The notes beneath the pieces were generated by a model. That model did no database searches and was not told where the DNA came from. It worked only from the letters and a program-made list of their open reading frames with translations. A DNA stretch of 64,000 nt from Rhina ancylostomus (Eukaryota), in contig JARFYF010000046.1 in the NCBI GenBank assembly GCA_030265395.1, positions 26,855,919 to 26,919,918 of the forward strand, in the 5' to 3' direction. A program made the translations under genes and the position numbers. Shown piece by piece: positions 41,616-53,592 of the stretch. Positions within the stretch are counted from its first letter, which is position 1; each line of letters opens with the position of its first letter.

Positions 41616-41684
41616 CTGAAGTTAATTGCATGGGAGAGTCAGAGCGCTGTTCACCTTCTATGATTTCCAAAGTATCCTCTGCAT
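41616..41684 (-). CDS. Internal coding exon (69 nt, phase 1-1); DAEDTLEIIEGEQRSDSPMQLTS
   Basis: Acceptor aaatatattttag|ATGCAG, donor CAG|gtataa; paralogous to 52933-52992. Confidence 0.75.
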
Positions 41685-42057
41685 CTAAAATATATTTAAA
41701 ACATTATGTAGCAGCACATGTAGAGGGATTGTAATCTTGCCAACATTTATGTCTATAAAATGATTCACCAGGAAAATAGATTCATGAAAATTTGTGCAAG
41801 CTATCCAGATGCCAAGATGCTTTTGTTCTGAACATGCAATCATCACCCCAAAATTTGACATCTGCACCAAATTATGATGCGAGAAGATAAATAGTATCTC
41901 CAACACATATGGCTGATCTCACAAATCCACAACCCCAGCATATCTATGCTACGTCAAAGCCGAAGGCAATCGGAAAAGTAATTGATCATTCAATAAAATT
42001 ATTCAAACAAAAATTCAGAAGTCTGAAAAGGTCTGGAGACATCCTGCAATATGACTT

Positions 42058-42865
42058 ATGGAGTTTAGTTTGGATAAGTGCAAGGTGTTACATTTTAGGA
42101 AAACAAATGAGGGCAGGACGTTCACAGTGAACGGTAGGGCCTTGGGGAGTGTTGTAGAACAGAGGAATTTAGGAGTACAAGTACATGGTTCCCTGAAAGT
42201 GGCATCACAGGTAGACAGGGTAGCAAAGAAGGCTTTGCATGTTGGCCTTCATCAGTCAGGGCACTGAGTATAGAAGTCGGGATGTTATATTGCCGTTGCA
42301 CAAGACATTAGTGAGGCCACATCTGGAATATTATATTCAATTTTGGTCAGCCTGCAATAAGAAAGATGCCATTAAGCTGGAGAGTGGGCAGGGGAGATTT
42401 ACAAGGATGTTGCCAGGACTTGAGGGATTGAATTATGGAGAGAGGTTGAGCAGACTGGGACTTTATTCATTGGAGCATAGGAGAACAAGTAGTAATCTTA
42501 TAGAGCTGTATGAAATCATGAGGAGCAGAGACAGGGTGAATGCACTCGGTCTTTTTCCCAGGGCTGGGGAATCAAGAACTAGAAGGCATAGGTTTAGGGT
42601 GAAAGAGGAGAGATTTATTAGGAACCTGAGGGGCAACATTTTCACCCAGAGGGTGATCTGTACATGGAACAAGCTACAAGAGGAAATGGTTGAGGCAGCT
42701 ACATTAACAACATTTAAAAGACTCAGGTCAGGTTCATAGATAGGAAAGGTTTAGAGATATATGGGCCAAACATGGGCAAATGGGACTAGCTTAGATGGGT
42801 GTCTTGGTCAGCATGGACCAGATGGGCTGAAGGGCCTGTTTCTGTGCTCTCTGACTCTATGACTC
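42058..42865 (+). mobile_element. CR1 LINE 3' ~800 bp
   Basis: ORFs MEFSLDKCKVLHF and KTLVRPHLEYYIQFWS...RNLRGNIFTQRV; tail ctgactctatgactc. Confidence 0.92.
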
Positions 42866-43324
42866 AAAAAGAATCTCCCATTTGCAACTATGCCCATCCA
42901 GTCAACCTTGCCATAAGAGAAGCCCAGCATTTGGAATGAAACAGAACAGTAGCAGGACTCACTAGTCAAGAAATGCTCATCTGATGTTAAACACAGAGAA
43001 ACAAAGAGACTACTTAAAAGTTTTGCATCGAGAGATGCAAGGGATAAGTTGCTTAGCAATGTGATGCTCATTTTTCTATCCTGAAAATCTACAGGATTCT
43101 CTTTATCAACAATTGTTGTCTGGTCTTCATTGTTCTCTTAATTGAAGCTATTCAAATTCTGCTGTCAATGAAATGTGAATTACTCAGATATAAAATCTGC
43201 TTAAAATGCTATGTTGATAACCCAATTGACAAATGTGATAAATGTGATTAACTCCAAAATTACCTTTTCACTCCATTGTCAATCAAATTACTTATTCTTT
43301 AAGAAATTTCTTAAATACAATTAC

Positions 43325-43351
43325 AGGAAGAAGCTTTTACTGTGCTTTCAC
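43325..43351 (-). pseudogene. Paralogous 27-nt micro-exon (GESTVKASS) with degraded acceptor; likely pseudo-exon or weak exon
   Basis: Flanks homologous to micro-exons 46673 and 54160; acceptor gaaaagacaaatatag lacks a pyrimidine tract; donor T|gtaatt. Confidence 0.45.
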
Positions 43352-43437
43352 CTATATTTGTCTTTTCAAATTTTGTTTTGTTTTTGCATGTTCCCCTATC
43401 CCAGACACTTCATGGTGAAGTTTAGCCTCATAACTGT

Positions 43438-43730
43438 GGCAGGCACGGTAGTGTAGTGGTTAACATAATGCCTTACAGCGCAGGCAATCCGGGTTCAAAT
43501 CCGGCCACTGTCTGTAAGGATTTTGTACGTTCTCCTCGTGTCTGCGTGGGTTTCCTCCAGGTGCTCCAGTTTCCTCCCACATTCCAAAGACGTACAGGTT
43601 TGGAAGTTGTGGGCATGCTAATGTTGGTGCCGGAAACGTAGCGACACTTGTGGGTTGCCCCCAGATCACTACGCAAAAAGATGTATTTCACTATGTTTCG
43701 ATGTGTATGTGACTAATAAAGATATCTTAT
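43438..43730 (+). mobile_element. Relatively young tRNA-derived V-domain SINE
   Basis: A-box tagtgtagtgg, B-box ggttcaaatcc, core gtgggtttcctccaggtgctccagtttcctcccacattccaaagac, CpGs retained, aataaa tail. Confidence 0.85.
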
Positions 43731-43903
43731 GTTACAAGCACCAGCAGCCCTCTTAGCTGACGGATTGCCCTTTTCTTTCCATGTCAGAAGGCCTTGAGGA
43801 CAAAGTCACTCCTCATAGACTTCAACAAAAAATCCCAGCTAGAGTCTCTCAATCTGGCTGAGAAATTGATCTCTGTTAGATTGTCCTGGAGTCTTGGCCA
43901 ATG

Positions 43904-44441
43904 CAGTAGAACTCTGTTAATTCTGCATGCCCAGTCTAGCAGATTTTTATTTCACTTTCAAATTTTAAATTCACTTTTTTCTTGATTTTACACATTAACA
44001 TAATAAATTTTCCAGTGAACCTGTTATATTTCAAGGGAGTATAGGGAACAGAACCAGGTGAGTTTCAAAGAAGTGAGGGAACCTGGGTCGCAATGAATGA
44101 AAGGGGATGCAGGAACGTGAGCCCCAGTTTGTGAATGGCAACCTGAGCCCCAGTGGGTGAAAAGGTGAGAGTTCAGGTCCGGTGCCAAAGTTCATTAGGG
44201 GCAACATGGGAACTAGGGCCCTGGTGTGTGAAAGGGAACATAGGGACCAGGGNNNNNNNNNNNNNNNNNNNNNNNNNNNNNNNAGCACTGGTGTGAGAAA
44301 GGGAGTATGGGAATCTGAGCCCTGGTGTGCTAGATGGAGTGTGGGAACTGAGACCCAGCTATATTGAAGGGAGGATGCGAATCAGCATCCACTGAGCCAG
44401 ATGCTAAACCATCAGGGTTTACAAATTTCAGAGCTTTGTTG
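43904..44441. mobile_element. Tigger/pogo-like MITE containing an internal ~30-bp minisatellite
   Basis: Ends cagtagaactctg / cagagctttgttg-ta; shares tgagccagatgctaaaccatcagg with the copy at 53777-54078. Confidence 0.6.
44030..44390 (+). repeat. Degenerate minisatellite, unit about gggaactgagccctggtgtgtgaaagggagtat
   Basis: About 10 diverged ~30-bp units, with an N gap inside. Confidence 0.7.
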
Positions 44442-45049
44442 TATTTATCTTTTAACCTGCAACATGAACACAAATTTCATGTTACTTAATTCACTATTGT
44501 AGAATAGCATTGGAACTTTAGATATTTGGATCAGCATTCTTATATATTTCACAGTTCATGAAGACTGAGTAATGCCTATGCCAAAGGAACCCTTGGGAAA
44601 AATACCCACCCAAGAAACAACAATTAGATAAAGGAATAGACCTGAAACTTTAAACTAGAATCATAATTTTTGAAATGAGCACAATGGTTGAAAGTATGAA
44701 CTGAAAATGGAGGATATGCTGAAACTACAGAGTATCATCCAAATAAATTTTGAGGTGGACAAAACTGAGATTGATAGTCAATGGAGAAACAGTTATTGCA
44801 TCAAAACAGCAATGAAGTAAAGGCTCCAGCTGGTAACAGAGCCAGGATAGGATTAGAATGGTCAAGTGCAGATGTGAAAACATCATGGATGAGGGCTTTA
44901 CCAGCAAAGTAGATGAGGAAACACAAGCAGTTCCAAACTCCATTTAGTGATAACTTCAGAAGACTCACATGAACCAATTGTTCTGATTAACAAATTGAAA
45001 TTTTGATTCCATATGTCAGTTAAAGGCTGAACTACAGTTACCTAGTTCA

Positions 45050-45260
45050 TAGAGTCCTAGAGAGACAGGCAGTCAGGCCACCCAGTGGGCACCAACCATC
45101 AAAATCCTATTTTTAATTCTAACCTAAACCATTTTATTCTACCCACATTCCATTCAACTATCCCTCCTGTCCAGATGCTACTGCTGACTCACACACAAGA
45201 GGCAATCTACAGTGTCCAATTTACTGACCAACCAGCACATTGTTGGGATGTGAGAGGAAA
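45050..45260 (-). mobile_element. SINE 3' fragment
   Basis: catagagtcctagagag tail; accaaccagcacattgttgggatgtgagaggaaa core on the reverse strand. Confidence 0.6.
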
Positions 45261-46129
45261 GCTGTTGAACAATGCCTATTACAGAATTCAGTTCATACAT
45301 CCTTAACAATGCAATTAACCTCCTCCATGTGAAAAAATACTTGAAAAAGATATAATTAAATTTCATTTGTCAAATCTATATTGTCTCCAATTGTCTTTAA
45401 TGTGACCAGAACCTTGATCTGTGGAGTACAGTATTTCGCTCCCATGCATGCTGTGTTTATGGAAGTGATAATAAAATTGATTCTGATTCTATAAAATAAA
45501 TGTACTCCTCAAAGCATTGTAACATCCACAGAGAATTTGAATATCATTTTGAAACTTTACCCGGAGATAACTGGGAGGCAGGTTCAGTGTTCAAGTCTGC
45601 ATCAGTACTTCCCAAGGTAACCCTTGTACTTAAAATACACATTAAACATCAGCAGTCAACACAATCCTCAGTGTGGTGATACAAAATCCCACAATATCAG
45701 TCTTGGATGACAATCCAAGATTTATTTGTAGAAAAGTTAGGACTGAGTAAATGCTGGCCAGGAATCACTTTGAACTAAGTTGATACTTTGCAGACAACTG
45801 CAAGACATTCTACAGTGCTGTAATGTGGGAAGCAAACTGATGTATGAATCCCTGCTGTTAATTTTACATCCTTTGTTATTTCAAGATCNNNNNNNNNNNN
45901 NNNNNNNNNNNNNNNNNNNNNNNNNNNNNNNNNNNNNNNNNNNNNNNNNNNNNNNNNNNNNNNNNNNNNNNNNNNNNNNNNNNNNNNNCTTATTCAGCAA
46001 TTCTGGCAGGTTGCTTTTTTCTCTATCTGGAAAAGTAATGCTAGCGTCTTTTTCATTATCAGTCCCTGCGATAGTCTTCATTGCTCCCTAATCCTGCATT
46101 GAACAATTCATCTAACTTACTTATTTTCT

Positions 46130-46480
46130 TATTATGGTGCAGGAGGCCACCATTCATCCCAATGGGTCCATGCCAGTTCCCAGCAGGGCAATTCCATCAG
46201 TCCCAGACCTCCAATTACTTCCTTGTATATCTGCAACTTATTCTCTCACATGCTCATCAACTCCCTCGGATTCTTTTGCCATTTACCTACACTAGGGAAA
46301 ATTTAGTGTAGCCAGTTAACTACCAGCACATTTTTGGGATGTGGAAGGAAACCAGAAAACCCAATGGTAACCCATGCAGTCACAGGGAGAATGTGCAAAC
46401 TCCACACAGACAGCACTCAAGGTCAGGATCAAACCTAAACTGCTGGATCAGTAAGGCAGCAACACCAACTGCTGTGTAGC
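46130..46480 (-). mobile_element. tRNA-derived V-domain SINE
   Basis: tttgggatgtggaaggaaaccag ... acccatgcagtcacagggagaatgtgcaaactccacacagacagcac. Confidence 0.8.
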
Positions 46481-46672
46481 TTTGCTGCTCTTAGCACCCA
46501 TAAATTCATTACAAATTTGGAATCTGATGAATACTGTAAAGCGTATTGCAGATCAAAATGACAACTGTGATAAAGCACAACATTTAAGTTCCAACATAAT
46601 CGTATCTTTTCTTTCAATCTTTACTGAATTATCAAACTACTTTTCCTACAAAGGTTTCTTAAATCTAATTAC

Positions 46673-46690
46673 CTTTAGCTGTGTTTTCAT
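46673..46690 (-). CDS. Micro-exon (18 nt, phase 1-1); DENTAK
   Basis: Acceptor tttgtcttttcaacag|AT, donor AAG|gtaatt; paralogous flanks with 54160-54186. Confidence 0.7.
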
Positions 46691-47924
46691 CTGTTGAAAA
46701 AGACAAATATTTAACTTTCCATGTTTTGCTTTCTTTTCTTATTTTCCCTCTCCCAGTATCCTTGAAGTGCCAGCTCACAGTGAAGCTTAGCTCATCAAGC
46801 ACCAGCAACAATCAACATTAAGTGACTGCCTATGTTAGAAGGACGAGGATGAGGTTAACTCCAGAAACTAATAATCTATATAAATAACACGTTATCCAGG
46901 CTGACTTTTTTAAAAACTTTATTTATACAGCACTGTAACAGGTCCTTCCAGTCAAAGAGCCCGCACCATCCAATTACACCCATTACAAGTGGATTAAATT
47001 GGGATTGGGAATTTAGTGAGATGCAGTTATTGCATTAAAAATGACTCAAAGCCCCTTGGATTTCTAATTGTAGCAAAAGCAGCATCAGAGAAGTCATGTA
47101 GAGAGGTGCAAAGTCAAGGGTGAAGACTTCAACAGCAAATTAGTTGAAGAGGAGAAAAGAGTTCTATAATCCATCTGCTGATAAACCTCTATTTAAAATA
47201 TTCTAAATCTAGACATATTGCTCAAGTTGACAAATTAAAGATTTAGTTCCTCATGTTAATTAAAAGCTTAACCTATTAAAAAAAAGTCATCAATAATGAA
47301 ACAGGACCACTTTTTAACTAAAGCTTTATAATGACTTTCCCACGTTTATTCATGCATTTTGGCTTGCTTACTTATCATTTCCAAAAATCTGTTTTATTAA
47401 TATATGTTCAGACATGAATGATTGTTTTCTGTGTTGGCAATTTGACCAAATACATAAATTTCTATGTTAGACAACTGCATTTAACCATGTTCCTGGAAAT
47501 AAATGAAAAAGTATTAACTGATTGTGCAATTATTCCATGCCTGTATTGAAGGTAATAACAAAAAAGACATTATTCATTATCCTCATGCATACTGAAGGTA
47601 TAGTTAAATTATCAAACTAATTAAGAGACCTGGGTTAACAATACAAATTCCTGAATTCAAATCCATCATAAGAGCTGTGGAATTTAATTCCAGATAATCT
47701 TGAGTTTGCAATCGAAACTAGTCTTGGTAATTATGACCACAGAAAACAGCAGATAGTTGTAAAGTCACTAATGCCATTCAAAGAGGAAATCTGCCATTCA
47801 TACCATATCTGATTTGTTTGTGATTCCTGACCCACTCCATGTCATTGGCTAAGTATCCTCTGAAGCCAGTTATACTATCACTAACTCATTAAAACAGAAA
47901 GAATAAAGCTGGACACAACCCACT

Positions 47925-50185
47925 TTGGATCTAGTGATCATAATTCCATTAGTTTTAACATTATTATGGAGAAGGATAGGACTGATCATAGGGTTAAGAT
48001 TCTAAACTGAAAGAAGGCCAGTTTTGAGAGCATCAGAAGGGAGCTGGCAGGGGTGCATTGGGATACATTGTTTTCCAGCAAAAGAGATGCTTGGTAAGTG
48101 GGAGGCCTTCAAAAGTGAAATATTGAGAGCATAGAATCTGTATATTCCTGTTAGAATAAAAGGCAAGGTTAACTGGTTTAGGGAATCTTGGTTATTGGGG
48201 GATATTGAGGACCAGGTAAAGAAAAAGGAGGTGCATTTCTGGTATTGGCAGTTAGGATCAAATGAAGTGCTTAAGGAGTATAAGAAATGCAAGAGAACAT
48301 TGAAGAGAGAAATCAGGAGGGCTAAAAGAGGACATGAGATTACTCTGGCAGACAAGGCAAAAGAGTTTTCTCTTTTAATAAGGGTTTCTGTAGCTAAATT
48401 AAGAACAAAAGGATAGTAAGAGATGAAATTGGTCCTTTTAAAGATTAGCATGGTCATCTATGCATGGATCTGAAAGAGATGGGGGAGATCTTAAATGAAT
48501 TTTTTGCATCTGTATTTACTCGAGAGACAGACACAGAGTCCACAGAACTGTGGAAAAATAGTGAGGCCATGGACTGTATCCGGATTACAGAAGAGGAAGT
48601 GCTTTCTTACCTGAGGTGAATTAGGGTGGATAAATGATGAGGTGTCCCCTTGGACTTCGTGGGAGGCCAGTGTAGAAATTGCAGGGGCCCTGGCAGAAAT
48701 ATTTAGCATGTCCTTAGCCACGGGTAAGGTGCCAGAGGACTGGAGGATATCTAATGTTATTCTGTTGTTTAAGAAAAGCTCTAAGAATAAGCCAGGGAAT
48801 TACTGGCCAGTGAGCCTGATGTCAGTCTTGGATAAATTATTGGAAGGCATTCTGAGGGACAGGATATATAAGTATTTGGATAGACATGGCCTCATTGGGG
48901 ATAGTCAACATGGCTTTGTGCGTGGCAGGTCATGTCTGACCAATCTAATAGCAATTTTCGAGGAGGTTACCAATAAGGTTGATAGGAGAAGGTGGTAGAC
49001 TTTGTCAACATGGATTTTAGCAAGGCCTTTGACAAGGTCCCGCATGGGAGACAGGTCCAGAAGGTTAAGTCGCTTAGCGTTCAGGATGAAGTAGTCAATT
49101 GGATTCAATGTTGGCTTAGCGAGAGAAGCCAGAGAGTGGTAGTAGATGGTTGTCTCTCTGATTGGAGACCTGTGACTTGCGGTGTGCCACAGGGATCAGT
49201 GCTGGGCCTGTTGTTGTTTATCATCCAAATTAATGATTTAGATGATAATGTAGTAAATTAGATCAACAAATTTGCAGATGACACCAAGATTTGGGGTGTA
49301 GTGGACAGCAAGGAAGGCTATCAAAGCTTGCAAAGTGATCTGGACCAGCTAGGAAAATGGGCTGAAAAATGGCAGATGGAATTTAATNNNNNNNNNNNNN
49401 NNNNNNNNNNNNNNNNNNNNNNNNNNNNNNNNNNNNNNNNNNNNNNNNNNNNNNNNNNNNNNNNNNNNNNNNNNNNNNNNNNNNNNNNNNNNNNNNNNNN
49501 NNNNNNNNNNNNNNNNNNNNNNNNNNNNNNNNNNNNNNNNNNNNNNNNNNNNNNNNNNNNNNNNNNNNNNNNNNNNNNNNNNNNNNNNNNNNNNNNNNNN
49601 NNNNNNNNNNNNNNNNNNNNNNNNNNNNNNNNNNNNNNNNNNNNNNNNNNNNNNNNNNNNNNNNNNNNNNNNNNNNNNNNNNNNNNNNNNNNNNNNNNNN
49701 NNNNNNNNNNNNNNNNNNNNNNNNNNNNNNNNNNNNNNNNNNNNNNNNNNNNNNNNNNNNNNNNNNNNNNNNNNNNNNNNNNNNNNNNNNNNNNNNNNNN
49801 NNNNNNNNNNNNNNNNNNNNNNNNNNNNNNNNNNNNNNNNNNNNNNNNNNNNNNNNNNNNNNNNNNNNNNNNNNNNNNNNNNNNNNNNNNNNNNNNNNNN
49901 NNNNNNNNNNNNNNNNNNNNNNNNNNNNNNNNNNNNNNNNNNNNNNNNNNNNNNNNNNNNNNNNNNNNNNNNNNNNNNNNNNNNNNNNNNNNNNNNNNNN
50001 NNNNNNNNNNNNNNNNNNNNNNNNNNNNNNNNNNNNNNNNNNNNNNNNNNNNNNNNNNNNNNNNNNNNNNNNNNNNNNNNNNNNNNNNNNNNNNNNNNNN
50101 NNNNNNNNNNNNNNNNNNNNNNNNNNNNNNNNNNNGGACTAGATGGGCTGAGGGCCTGTTTCTGTGATGTAGTGCTCTATGACTC
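47925..50185 (+). mobile_element. CR1 LINE ORF2 (RT domain) with stops/frameshifts, 3' part in N gap
   Basis: VPEDWRISNVILLFKK...[49 protein letters not shown] (tttgcagatgacaccaag ~49271). Confidence 0.95.
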
Positions 50186-50189
50186 TAAA

Positions 50190-51790
50190 CCTAAATGGAT
50201 CAGCTACATAAATACAATGGCTACAAGAGCAGGCTAACATGGTATGATTGACCTGCCTCATCCCAAATGCTTTCGACCAACTAGAAACATCATATTCTCC
50301 ACTTGCCTGATGGAGTCCAGGTCCAACATCTCTTCAGCTCAACATCATCAAGGTCAAAACAGCCCACATGATTGTCACCCTATAAACTATATATACAAGT
50401 CCTCCATAGTCTACAAATGCCCAATTTATGTACAGCATATACATACGAACGAGCGTTTGGGAGATGGGCAGGATGGATATTGCAAGCTGCTGCGGGACTG
50501 CAGGTGTCTTCTGCCATGTGGCAACTCAGCTTGAGCCATATTTCTGACTTGTGAATGATTCAGATTACAAACAGTTCTCAGGAATAGAATGCTGTTGTAA
50601 CCTGGGGAGGACCTATTAACTCCATCACCAGCACATAGAGTCTGCGGTGCATACCATCTGCAAAATACACTGCAGTTACTTGTCTTGGCTACTCTGACAG
50701 CATCTCCTAGACCAACAATCTTATTATCAAGAAGTACACAGTGAAGAAGGATATCTAAGATTATGACGGGATCAGTGGGCTGAGGAATGGCAGATGGAGT
50801 TTAATTTAGATAAATGCAAGGTGATGCATTTTGGTGAGACAAACCAGGACAGGACTTCCAAATGATAGGGCCCTGAGAGTGTTGAAAAACAGAGAGATCC
50901 AGGGATGCAGGTATATATTTCCTTGAAAATGACGACAGAGATGGACAGAAGGCATTTAGCATGTTTGCCTTCGTCAGTCAGGATACTGAGTACAGGAGTT
51001 GGGATGTCATGTTACAGTTGTATAAGACGTTGGTAATGCAATGTTTGGATTACTGGATACAGTTCTGGACATCCTACTATAGAAAAGATGTCATTAAACT
51101 GGAAAAAGTACAAAAACGTTTATGAGGATGTTACTGGGTATGGAGGGTTTTAGTTATAAGGAGAGGCTGAATAGGCTAGGAGTGTTTCAATGTAGCATAG
51201 AGGCTGAATGGTGACCCTATAAAGGTTTATAAAATCATGAGGGGCATAGAATAGCCACAGTAGGTCACTACTGTATGTATGACCCAGGTAGGGGAGTGCA
51301 AAATTAGAGGGCATAGGTTTAAAGTGGGAGGAGAAATATTTAGAAGTGACCTGAGGGGCAGCTTTTCACACAAAGAATGGTCCATATATGGAACAAGCTG
51401 CCAGAAAAAGTGGTAGAGGTGGGTACAATTATGACACTTAAAAGACATGAACAGGAAAGGTTTAGAGAGATATGGGCCAAACACAAGCAAATGGGACTAG
51501 CTCAGTAAGGCAACTTGGTCAGCATGGACAAGTTGGGCTGAAGGGCCTATTTTCCACACTATATATCTCCATGACTCTATGAATCTGTACATGTGCAGCA
51601 CGGAACTGGGAACACCATTACATTCACTGGTCTTTCGTCCTCGTTGGGTGTAAAGCATGGAATTCCCTGTCCAGCAGCACTTTTGGAGGACACCCACTAT
51701 AAAAGCTAACAGTGGTTTAAGAATTCTCATCACCACCTTTTCAAATGCAATTAGGGATAGCCAATAAATGCTGTCCTTGGAAGGACACCC
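50190..51790 (+). mobile_element. Old LINE 3' fragment interrupted by a CR1 3' segment (~50770-51580)
   Basis: CR1 tggcagatggagtttaatttagataaatgc ... atgactctatga; host tail aattagggatagccaataaatgctg. Confidence 0.75.
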
Positions 51791-51909
51791 AGNNNNNNNN
51801 NNNNNNNNNNNNNNNNNNNNNNNNNNNNNNNNNNNNNNNNNNNNNNNNNNNNNNNNNNNNNNNNNNNNNNNNNNNNNNNNNNNNNNNNNNNNAGGACACC
51901 CAGATTCCT

Positions 51910-52590
51910 AGTTACTCTTATTCTTTTGCCCTTAATATACTTGTAGGATCTCTTTGGACTCTCCCTTCTCAGCCAAAGTTATCTAATGTCCCCATTTTGC
52001 CCTCGTAATTTCCCTCTTGTGTACTCCTACATGCTCTATACTTTTCAAGGGATTCACTTGATCCCAGCTGCCTATATCTGACATATGTCTGCTTTTTTTT
52101 CACCAGAGCCTCAATATCTCTAATCATCCAGAATTCCATACTGATGCCAGATTTGCTCTTCACCCTAACAGGAACAAGCTGTCCTTGAACTCTTGCTATC
52201 TCATGTTTAAAAGCCTTCTACTTGTCAGATATCCCTTTACCTGCAAACAGCCTCCCCCAATCAACTTTTGAAAGTTCCTGTCTAATGGCAGCTAAATTGG
52301 CCTTGTCCCAGTTTTGGACTTTAATATGTGGACCAGTCTTATCCTTTTCCATAACTATTCTAAAACTAATAGAATTATGGTCACTGGTTCCAAAGTGCTC
52401 TCCCACTTACACTTCAGTCACTTGCCCTGCCTCATTTCCCAGGAGGAGGTCAAGTTTTGCCCCTTCTCTAATATGGCCATCTACACATTGATTGAGAATT
52501 TTTTCCTGAATACACTTAACAAATTCCTCACCATCCAAGCCCTTAATACTTCAGCATTCCCAGTTGATATTTGGAAAGTTGAAATCCCAT
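51910..52590 (-). mobile_element. CR1 ORF2 fragment (endonuclease end/linker)
   Basis: GEHFGTSDHNSISFRIVMEKDK...NWDKAN...IRQELSKVDW. Confidence 0.9.
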
Positions 52591-52932
52591 AAATTTATTA
52601 ACCAAAACATTAGTAGTTAAGAAAGCAACCCGGACTTCGCAATTAACAATTAGCAATGCAATTAACTCCTTTCTGTGGGAAAGGACCTGATCTCTCCTCA
52701 TGACACAGCTAAGATCAGGAATCTGGCACGCCAAGGATCATAATTGCAATTTTCTCCCTATTACTTTGTATTTCAAAACTTTTTCGCCCAACTTGCAGTT
52801 CTGCCCATGACAATAAATATAAAATACTTGATAAAGTTATAGTTAAGCTTGCATTATAAAACCTGCTGTATATTACTCAAGAAAGTATGCTAAAGTTTAC
52901 AAAGAATAATGAACATATATTTTCAAATGTAC

Positions 52933-52992
52933 CTGGAGATAAATGTGAAGCAGCTCCAGATTGCATCTCTGTACCTGTTGTAAGCCCTGCAT
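52933..52992 (-). CDS. Internal coding exon (60 nt, phase 1-1); DAGLTTGTEMQSGAASHLSP
   Basis: Acceptor aaatatgttttag|ATGCAG, donor CAG|gtacat. Confidence 0.75.
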
Positions 52993-53432
52993 CTAAAACA
53001 TATTTAACAAATCATAGAGGCACACATAAAAGGAGATTTTAACCTTGCCAGCATTAATATCCAGAGGCCATCTGATGAGTTTATGAAAAATATTCAGGCA
53101 GCTGTCACAATGCATTTATCCTGCAGTATTCAAACCAATATTTGATCTTTCCCCCTTATGATGGCACTGGGGTCCAATTAAGATCGATGTGACTCAAGAC
53201 ACTTCCAATGTTACCTCTCCAATTCCAAGTTACACGGGTATTATTAACAANNNNNNNNNNNNNNNNNNNNTTGAGGTTCAGTAAAAGGTTCAGTTGTATG
53301 TACAAGGTTGGGGGCTGCCCACAATATGCCTGACAAGGAATTTTCGACAGAGAACAGGATGCTGTGTCCATTCACACTTAAATGTCATGCAGAGATTAGC
53401 ATTTGGAAGAAAAAGAACCACAGCAGTGTGCA

Positions 53433-53592
53433 ACACACACAAATGCTGGAGGAACTCAGCAGGTCAGGCAGCTGAGACCCAAAACGTTGACTGTTTATTT
53501 CCCTCCGTCGATGTTGCCTGACCTGCTGAGTTCCTCCAGCATTTTGTGTTTGTTGCTCCAGATTCCAGCAACTGCAGAATCACTTGTGCCTT
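53433..53592. mobile_element. Penelope-type hairpin insertion with 14-bp TSD
   Basis: TSD cacagcagtgtgca at 53419-53432 and 53593-53606; inverted arms atgctggaggaactcagcaggtcaggca / tgcctgacctgctgagttcctccagcat. Confidence 0.75.

Noticed and set aside
43441-43510. tRNA gene
   Set aside because: A and B boxes belong to a SINE head that continues into SINE core; no cloverleaf
44030-44390. CRISPR-like periodic array
   Set aside because: Contiguous degenerate units without unique spacers, vertebrate context, no cas genes
45989-46090. ORF MKTIAGTDNEKDASITFPDREKSNLPELLNK as a host exon
   Set aside because: Resembles the CR1 ORF2 linker, poor acceptor, truncated by a gap
49301-50167. 288-aa ORF
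   Set aside because: Almost entirely N-gap; the real part is CR1 ORF2
51782-51903. aggacacccag repeated on both sides of a 100-N gap
   Set aside because: Most likely an unmerged contig overlap, not a TSD
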